The notes beneath the pieces were generated by a model that saw nothing but the letters and a program-made list of their open reading frames with translations, ran no database searches and had not been told where the DNA came from. A DNA stretch of 64,000 bases from Amphiscolops sp. MND2022 (lineage: Eukaryota), in the NCBI GenBank assembly GCA_964187785.1, contig OZ076409.1:15316001-15380000 (forward strand), written 5' to 3'. The translations under genes and the position numbers were made by a program. Shown in pieces: positions 54,701 through 64,000 of this stretch (its first letter is position 1; each line of letters starts with the position of its first letter).

Positions 54701-57700
54701 GATGGCATTTGTTCCTCACTTGAATTGATAGAGTTTTACTGCTTACACCCAACGTGGTTGTTTAATTCGACACATACCGAATATAGCTTTCTGAATTCGT
54801 CCAAATTTAGAATTGGAATGCTTACTTTGGAAGCGACAAATTTTTCAACATAGGGATTTTTGAACTCTTTCCAATAACGTTGTCCATTTTTTCACATTTT
54901 TTCGACAGTCAATGGCGTAGTGGTTGCGTGTTAGATTTCCATTCCATTGTCTTGAGTTCGTTTCTCTCAATCAAAAATTTTTCAAAAACTTAGTCAGCTT
55001 GGACAGTTTTTCAAAAGCACTGGATTATTCTTTTCCCTCAGTGGTGCGCCTAAAACCACTGTTTCGCAAGATATCGTGGCCTAGAGGTTGCGTTGGTGGT
55101 TAGGTTTGGTGGAGCGTTGTTCAGGTATCTTTGGGTTCGGTCCCCGGGGATGGAATATGTTCCCACTTGAATTGATAGTGTTATTGCTTACACCCAACTT
55201 GGAGGTTTAATTCGACACATACCGAATATAGCATTCTGAATTCGTCCACAATTTGAAATGGAATGCTTAGGTTGGAAGCAACAAAATTTTCAACATAGGG
55301 ATTTTTGAACTCTTTCCAATAACGTTGTCCATTTTTTCACATCTTTTCAACAGTCAATGGCGTAGTGGTTGCGTGTTAGATTTCCATTCCAAAGTCTTGA
55401 GTTCGTTTCCCTCAATCAAAATTTTTTCAAAAACTTAGTCAGCTTGGACAGTCTTTCAAAAGCACTGGATTATTCTTTTCCCTCAGTGGTGCGCCTAAAA
55501 CCACTGTTTCGCAAGATATCGTGGCCTAGAGGTTGCGTTGGTGGTTAGGTTTGGTGGAGCGTTGTTCTGGTATCTTTGGGTTCGGTCCCCGGAAATGGCA
55601 TTTGTTCCTCACTTGAATTGATAGAGTTTTACTGCTTACACCCAACGTGGTTGTTTAATTCGACACATACCGAATATAGCTTTCTGAATTCGTCCAAAAT
55701 TAGAATTGGAATGCTTACTTTGGAAGCGACAAATTTTTCAACATAGGGATTTTTGAACTCTTTCCAATAACGTTGTCCATTTTTTCACATTTTTTCGACA
55801 GTCAATGGCGTAGTGGTTGCGTGTTAGATTTCCATTCCATTGTCTTGAGTTCGTTTCTCTCAATCAAAAATTTTTCAAAAACTTAGTCAGCTTGGACATT
55901 TTTTCAAAAGCACTGGATTATTCTTTTCCCTCAGTGGTGCGCCTAAAACCACTGTTTCGCAAGATATCGTGGCCTAGAGGTTGCGTTGGTGGTTAGGTTT
56001 GGTGGAGCGTTGTTCAGGTATCTTTGGGTTCGGTCCCCGGGGATGGAATATGTTCCCACTTGAATTGATAGTGTTATTGCTTACACCCAACTTGGAGGTT
56101 TAATTCGACACATACCGAATATAGCATTCTGAATTCGTCCACAATTTGAATTGGAATGCTTAGTTTGGAAGCAACAAAATTTTCAACATAGGGATTTTTG
56201 AACTCTTTCCAATAACGTTGTCCATTTTTTCACATCTTTTTAACAGTCAATGGCGTAGTGGTTGCGTGTTAGATTTCCATTCCAAAGTCTTGAGTTCGTT
56301 TCCCTCAATCAAATTTTTTTCAAAAACTTAGTCAGCTTGGACAGTCTTTCAAAAGCACTGTATTATTCTTTTCCCTTAGTGGTACGCCTAAAACCACTGT
56401 TTCGCAAGATATTGTATCCTAGAGGTTGCGTTGGTGGTTAGGTTTGGTATAGCGTTGTTCTGGTATCTTTGGGTTCGGTCCCCGAGGATGGAATATGTAC
56501 CGCACTTGAACTGATAGTGTTATTGCTTACACCCAACTTGGTTGTTGGCTTCGACACATACCGAACATAGCATTCTGAATTCGTCCAGAATTTGAACTGG
56601 AATGCTTAGTTTGGAAACGGCAAAATTTTCAACATAGGGATTTTTGGACTCTTTCCAATAACGTTGTCCATTTTTTCACATCTTTTCAACAGTCAATGGC
56701 GTAGTGATTGCGTGTTGGATTTCCATTCCAATGTCTTGAGTTCGTTTCTCTCAATCAAAACTTTTTTAAAAAACTTAGTCAGCTTGGACAATCTTTCAAA
56801 AGCACTGGATTATACTACTCCCTTAATGGTACGCCTAAAACCACTGTTTCGCAAGATATCGTAGCCTAGAGGTTGCGTTGGTGGTTAGGTTTGGTATAGC
56901 GTTGTTCAGGTATCTTTGGGTTCGGTCCCCGGGGATGGAATATGTTCCCACTTGAACTGATAGTGTTATTGCTTACACCCAACTTGGATGTTTAATTCGA
57001 CACATACCGAATATAGCATTCTGAATTGGAATGCTTAATTTGGAAGCGACAAAATTTTCAACATAGGGATTTTTGAACTCTTTCCAATAACGTTGTCCAA
57101 TTTTTCACATCTTTTCAACAGTCAATGGCGTCGTGGTTGCGTGTTAGATTTCCATTCCAAAGTCTTGAGTTCGTTTCCCTCAATCAAAACTTTTTCAAAA
57201 ACTTAGTCAGCTTGGACAGTCTTTCAAAAGCACTGGATTATTCTTTTACCTCAGTGGTGCGCCTAAAACGACTGTTTCGCAAGATATCGTGGCCTAGAGG
57301 TTGCGTTGGTGGTTAGGTTTGGTGGAGCGTTGTTCTGGTATCATTGGGTTCGGTCCCCGGGGATGGCATTTGTTCCTCACTTGAATTGATAGAGTTTTAC
57401 TGCTTACACCCAACGTGGTTGTTTATTTCGACACATATCGAATATAGCTTTCTGAATTCGTCCAAATTTAGAATTGGAATGCTTACTTTGGAAGCGACAA
57501 AATTTTCAACATAGGGATTTTTGAACTCTTTCCAATAACGTTGTCCATTTTTTCACATCTTTTCGACAGTCAATGGCGTAGTGGTTGCGTGTTAGATTTC
57601 CATTCCAATGTCTTGAGTTCGATTCCATCAATCAAAACATTTTCAAAAACTTAGTCAGCTTGGACAGTCTTTCAAAAGCACTGGATTAATCTTTTTCCTC

Positions 57701-59660
57701 AGTGGTGCGCCTAAAACGACTGTTTCGCAAGATATCGTGGTCTAGAGGTTGCGTTGGTGGTTAAGTTTGGTGGAGCGTTGTTCTGGTATCTTTGGGTTCG
57801 GTCCCCGGGGATGGCATTTGTTCCTCACTTGAATTGATAGAGTTTTACTGCTTACACCCAACGTGGTTGTTTAATTCGACACATACCGAATATAGCTTTC
57901 TGAATTCGTCCAAATTTAGAATTGGAATGCTTACTTTGGAAGCGACAAATTTTTCAACATAGGGATTTTTGAACTCTTTCCAATAACGTTGTCCATTTTT
58001 TCACATTTTTTCGACAGTCAATGGCGTAGTGGTTGCGTGTTAGATTTCCATTCCATTGTCTTGAGTTCGTTTCTCTCAATCAAAAATTTTTCAAAAACTT
58101 AGTCAGCTTGGACAGTTTTTCAAAAGCACTGGATTATTCTTTTCCCTCAGTGGTGCGCCTAAAACCACTGTTTCGCAAGATATCGTGGCCTAGAGGTTGC
58201 GTTGGTGGTTAGGTTTGGTGGAGCGTTGTTCAGGTATCTTTGGGTTCGGTCCCCGGGGATGGAATATGTTCCCACTTGAATTGATAGTGTTATTGCTTAC
58301 ACCCAACTTGGAGGTTTAATTCGACACATACCGAATATAGCATTCTGAATTCGTCCACAATTTGAATTGGAATGCTTAGTTTGGAAGCAACAAAATTTTC
58401 AACATAGGGATTTTTGAACTCTTTCCAATAACGTTGTCCATTTTTTCCACATCTTTTCAACAGTCAATGGCGTAGTGGTTGCGTGTTAGATTTCCATTCC
58501 AAAGTCTTGAGATCGTTTCGCTCAATCAAAATTTTTTCAAAAACTTAGTCAGCTTGGACAGTCTTTCAAAAGCACTGGATTATTCTTTTCCCTCAGTGGT
58601 GCGCCTAAAACCACTGTTTCGCAAGATATCGTGGCCTAGAGGTTGCGTTGGTGGTTAGGTTTGGTGGAGCGTTGTTCTGGTATCTTTGGGTTCGGTCCCC
58701 GGAGATGGCATTTGTTCCTCACTTGAATTGATAGAGTTTTACTGCTTACACCCAACGTGGTTGTTTAATTCGACACATACCGAATATAGCTTTCTGAATT
58801 CGTCCAAAATTAGAATTGGAATGCTTACTTTGGAAGCGGCAACTTTTTCAACATAGGGATTTTTGGACTCTGTCCAATAATGTTGTCCATTTTTTCACAT
58901 CTTTTCAACAGGCAATGGAGTAGTGGTTGCGTGTTAGATTTCCATTCCAATGTCTTGAGTTCGATTCCCTCAATCAAAATTTTTTTTTAAAAATTGTCAG
59001 CGCGGAAAGTCTTTCGAAAGCACTGAAATATTCTTTTCCCTTAGTGGTGCGCATAAAACCACTGTTTCGCAAGATATCGTGGCCTATAGGTTGCGTTGGT
59101 GGTTAGGTTTGGTATAGCGTTGTTCTGGTATCTTTGGGTTCGGTCCCTGGGGAAGGAATATGTTCCGCACTTGAATTCATAGTGTTATTTCTTACACCCA
59201 ACTTGGTTGTTCACTTCGACAAATACCGAATATAGCATTCTGTATTCGTCCATAATTTGAATTGGAATGCTTAGTTTGGAAGCGGCGAAATTTTCAACAT
59301 AGGGATTTTTGGACTCTTTCCAATAACGTTGTCCATTTTTTCACATCCCTTCAACAGTCAATGGCGTAGTGGTTGCGTGTTAGATTTCCATTCCAATGTC
59401 TTGAGTTATATTCACTCAACCATAATTTTTAAAAAAAACTTTGTCAGCGTGCACAGTCTTTCAAAAGAACTGGATTATTCTTTTCCCTTAGTGGTGCGCC
59501 TAAAACCACTGTTTCGCAAGATATTGTGACCTAGAGGTTGCGTGGTGGTCAGGTTCGCTCGTGTGTTATTTTGGTACAATTGGGTTCGATTCCCGGGATG
59601 GACTTGGATACGCACTTGATTTGATAGTTTGGTTTTGCTTTCACCCAATTTGGTTGTTCC
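51790..59660 (+). repeat. ~446-bp satellite, array A of element 3 (~17-18 monomers)
   Basis: Same monomer in continuous tandem. Confidence 0.93.
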
Positions 59661-60484
59661 ACACGTCAAGACTCTAAGTGCTTTTATAAACCAAAATCCA
59701 TGTGCTTTTGGGAAAAAGTACGTCCACTATCACGGAGTTTTAATCAAAAACCGATAGCGTAGAGGTTGCGTATCAGATTCTCATTCCAATGTCTAGAGTT
59801 CGATCCCCTATATCGATTTGTTTTTCAAACTTTGAACAATGAACAGTCTTTCAAAAGCACTGAATTTTTCTTTTCCCACAGTGGTGAGCTAAATGCCTTT
59901 GTTTCGCAAGATATCGTGGCCTAAAATTATTTACGTTGGTGGATAGGATCGTTAGAGTTCTTATGTGTTTGTTGTCTAGCTTTGTCTTTTTCGAAGCGCT
60001 CTGAAGGAATAGTTAAGATCTTACAGGCCTTTGAAATCCATGACCTGGGTGTTTTCAGGGGAGATGTCCACCATCATCAACCGATAGCGTAGAGGTTACG
60101 TACTAGCCTCTCATTTCAAAGGTCTTGAGTTCGATTCTCTCTAGCAACTTTGTTTTTCAAACTTCTCTTTCCCTCATCCAATGGTAAGTCCACTATCACA
60201 TAGCTGCAACCAACAGTGGATGGTGAAGAGGTCGTGTACTAGGCACTCATAACAACTGCTTGAGTTCGAAACCCTCAATCAACTTTTTTTCGCAGAATGT
60301 CATCGTGATTCTGGAACATTGTCTGCAAAGTTAAACCACGTTTTTTGACAAAGTCGATAAAGTCCACGAAATCAAGTGCAGACATTCAGTCAACATTCCA
60401 TAGAAGGCAGAAACAATTTCAAAGTTCGTGGTAGTTTGAGATTTTTTCCAATGCAGTTATACATTCGTTTCCATTAAATAGGAT

Positions 60485-63400
60485 CCTCAATCAAAACTTT
60501 TTTAAAAACGTTGTCAGCGTGGACAGTCTTTCAAAAGCACTGGATTATTCTTTTCCCTCAGTGGTGCGCCTAAAACCGCTGTTTCGCAAGATATCGTGGC
60601 CTAGAGGTTGCGTTGGTGGTTAGGTTTGGTGGAGCGTTGTTCTGTTATCTTTGGGTTCGGTCCCCGGGGATGGCATTTGTTCATCACTTGAATTGATAGA
60701 GTTTTATGGCTTACACCCAACGTGGTTGTTTAATTCGACACATACCGAATATAGCTTTCTGAATTCGTCCAAAATTAGAATTGGAATGCTTACTTTGGAA
60801 GCGGCAAATTTTTCAGGGATTTTTGGACTCTGTCCAATAACGTTGTCCATTTTTTCACATTTTTTCAACAGGCAATGGAGTAGTGGTTGCGTGTTAGATT
60901 TCCATTCCAATGTCTTGAGTTCGTTTCCCTCAATCAATCTTTTTAAAAAAATTTAGTCAGCGTGGAAAGTCTTTCGAAAGCACTGGAATATTCTTTTCCC
61001 TTAGTGGTGCGCATAAAACCACTGTTTCGCAAGATATCGTGGCCTAGAGGTTGCGTTGGTGGTTAGGTTTGGTGTAGCGTTTTTCAGGTATCTTTGGGTT
61101 CGGTCCCCAGGGATGGAATATGTTCCCAGTTGAATTGATAGTGTTATTGCTTACACCCAACTTGGATGTTTAATTCGACACATACCGAATGTAGCATTCT
61201 GAATTCGTCCACAATTGGAATTGGATTGCTTAATTTGGAAGCAACAAAACTTTCACATAGGGATTTTTGAACTCTTTCCAATAATGTTGTCCAATTTTTC
61301 ACATCTTTTCAACAGTCAATGGCGTAGTGGTTACGTGTTAGATTTCCATTCCAAAGTCTTGAGTTCGTTTCCCTCAATCAAAATTTTTTCAAAAACTTAG
61401 TCAGCTTGGACAGTCTTTCAAAAGCACTGGATTATTCTTTTCCCTCAGTGGTGCGCCTAAAACCGCTGTTTCGCAAGATATCGTGGCCTAGAGGTTGCGT
61501 TGGTGGTTAGGTTTGGTGGAGCGTTGTTCTGGTATCTTTGGGTTCGGTCCCGGGGGATGGCATTTGTTCCTCACTTGAATTGATAGAGTTTTACTGCTTA
61601 CACCCAACGTGGTTGTTTAATTCGACACATACCGAATATAACTTTCTGAATTCGTCTAAAATTAGAATTGGAATGCTTACTTTGGAAGCGGCAAATTTTT
61701 CGAAATAGGGATTTTTGGACTCTGTCCAATAACGTTGTCCATTTTTTCACATCTTTTCAACAGGCAATGGTGTAGTGGTTGCGTGTTAGATTTCCATTTC
61801 AATGTCTTGAGTTCGATTCCCTCAATCAAATTTTTTTCAAAAACTTAGTCAGCTTGGACAGTCTTTCAAAAGCCCTGGATTATTCTTTTCCCTCAGTGGT
61901 GCGCCTAAAACCACTGTTTTGCAAGATATCGTGGCCTAGAGGTTGCGTTGGTGGTTAGGTTTGGTATGGCGTTGTTCTGGTATCTTTGGGTTCGGTCCCC
62001 GGGGATTGAATTTGTTCCGCACTTGACGTGATAGAGTGTTATTGCTTACACCCAACGTGGTTGTTTAATTCGACACATACCGAATATAGCTTTCTGAATT
62101 CGTCCAACAATAGAATTGGAATGCTTACTTTAGAAGGGGCAAATTTTTCAACATAGGGATTTTTGGACTTTTTCCAATAACGTTGTCCCTTTTTTCACAT
62201 CTTTTCAACAGTCAATGGCGTAGTGGTTGCGTGTTAGATTTCCATTTCAATGTCTTGAGTTCGATTCCCTCAATCAAAATTTTTTCAAAAACTTAGTCAG
62301 CTTGGACAGTCTTTCAAAAGCCCTGGATTATTCTTTTTCCTCAGTGGTGCGCCTAAAACCACTGTTTCGCAAGATATCGTGGCCTAGAGGTTGCGTTGGT
62401 GGTTAGGTTTGGTGTAACGTTTTTCAGGTATATTTGGGTTCGGTCCCCGGGGATGGAATATGTTCCCAGTTGAATTGATAGTGTTATTACTTACACCCAA
62501 CTTGGATGTTTAATTCGACACATACCGAATGTAGCATTCTGAATTCGTCCACAATTGGAATTGGATTGCTTAATTTGGAAGCAACAAAACTTTCACATAG
62601 GGATTTTTGAACTCTTTCCAATAACGTTGTCCATTTTTTCACATCTTTTCAACAGTCAATGGCGTAGTGGTTACGTGTTAGATTTCCATTCCAAAGTCTT
62701 GAGTTCGTTTCCCTTAATCAAAATTTTTTCAAAAACTTAGTCAGCTTGGACAGTCTTTCAAAAGCACTGGATTTTTCTTTTCCCTCAGCGGTGCGCCTAA
62801 AACCGCTGTTTCGCAAGATATCGTGGCCTAGAGGTTGCGTTGGTGGTTAGGTTTGGTGGAGCGTTGTTCTGGTATCTTTGGGTTCGGTCCCCGGGGATGG
62901 CATTTGTTCCTCACTTGATTTGATAGAGTTTTACTGCTTACACCCAACGTGGTTGTTTAATTCGACACATACCGAATATAGCTTTCTGAATTCGTCCAAA
63001 ATTAGAATTGGAATGCTTACTTTGGAAGCCGCAAATTTTCCAAAATAGGAATTTTTGGACTCTGTCCAATAACGTTGTCCATTTTTTCACATCTTTTCAA
63101 CAGGCAATGGTGTAGTGGTTGCGTGTTAGATTTCCATTTCATTGTCTTGAGTTCGATTCCCTCAATCAAAATTTTTTCAAAAACTTAGTCAACTTGGACA
63201 GTCTTTCAAAAGCCCTGGATTATTCTTTTCCCTCAGTGGTGCGCCTAAAACCACTGTTTTGCAAGATATCGTGGCCTAGAGGTTGCGTTGGTGGTTAGGT
63301 TCGGTATAGCGTTGTTCTGGTATCTTGGGTTCGATCCCCGGGGATTGAATTTGTTCCGCACTTGACGTGATAGAGTGTTATTGCTTACACCCAACGTGGT

Positions 63401-64000
63401 TGTTTAATTCGACACATACCGAATATAGCTTTCTGATATCGTCCAAAACTGAAATTGAAATGCTTACTTTGGAAGCGGCAAATTTTTCAACGTAGGGATT
63501 TTTGGATTCTTTCCAATCACATTGTCCCTTTTTTCACATCTTTTCAACAGTCAATGGCGTAGTGGTTGCGTGTTAGATTTCCATTTCAATGTCTTGAGTT
63601 CGATTCCCTCAATCAAAACTTTTTTAAAAACGTTGTCAGCGTGGACAGTTTTTCAGAAGCACTGGATTATTATTTTCCCTTAGTGGTGCGCCTTAAACCT
63701 TTGTTTCGCAAGATATCGTAGCCTAGAGGTTGCGTTGGGATTAGGTTTGGTATAGCATTGTTCTGGTATTTTGGGTTCCGTCCCCGGGGATGCAATTTGT
63801 TCCGCACTTGAATTGATAGAGTGTTATTGCTTACACCCAACTTGGATGTTTAATTCGACACATACCGAATATAGCTTTCTGAATTCGTCAAAATTAGAAT
63901 TGGAATGCTTACTTTGGAAGCGGCGAATTTTTCAACATAGGGCTTTTTGGACTCTGTCCAATAACGTTGTCCATTTTTTAACATATTTTCAACAGGCAAT
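60485..64000 (+). repeat. ~446-bp satellite, array B of element 3 (~8 monomers, runs off window)
   Basis: Same monomer after the interruption. Confidence 0.9.

Larger units (their letters stand above)
51626..64000 (+). mobile_element. Non-autonomous Helitron-like element 3 (3' end beyond window)
   Basis: Same 5' terminus after cacaacaa; same internal organisation as elements 1 and 2. Confidence 0.82.

Noticed and set aside
11340..62740. Dozens of 60-128 aa ORFs in the satellite and element 3' regions
   Set aside because: Chance frames in tandem repeats, inconsistent between monomers, no recognisable domain; no Rep/helicase motifs
10800..64000. CRISPR-like array
   Set aside because: Whole ~446-bp monomers repeat with no unique spacers, no cas genes, and the context is eukaryotic

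Overview
Eukaryotic (metazoan-type) 5S rDNA locus with no intact protein-coding gene. Ten 119-nt 5S rRNA genes lie on the minus strand in a ~904-bp basic repeat. One short motif in the spacer (TATCACAACAA|TTAGGCT) hosts two different insertions. (i) A 1637-bp segment with broken minus-strand ORFs, bounded by imperfect 18-bp direct repeats, converts the first units into 2542-bp repeats. (ii) Three very large non-autonomous Helitron-like elements (10633-25775, 27554-48915, 51626 to beyond 64000) begin with TC, end with a GC hairpin plus CTAG (3' end visible for two), and sit at the same A|T with no target-site duplication. Each element is mostly a ~446-bp satellite. Its monomer has two tRNA-like A-box/B-box modules plus a segment homologous to the 5S spacer, and it is organised into local 2- to 7-mer higher-order repeats. 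The elements' 3' regions carry diverged copies of the 5S 3' flank. Array boundaries and copy numbers are approximate, read by eye.
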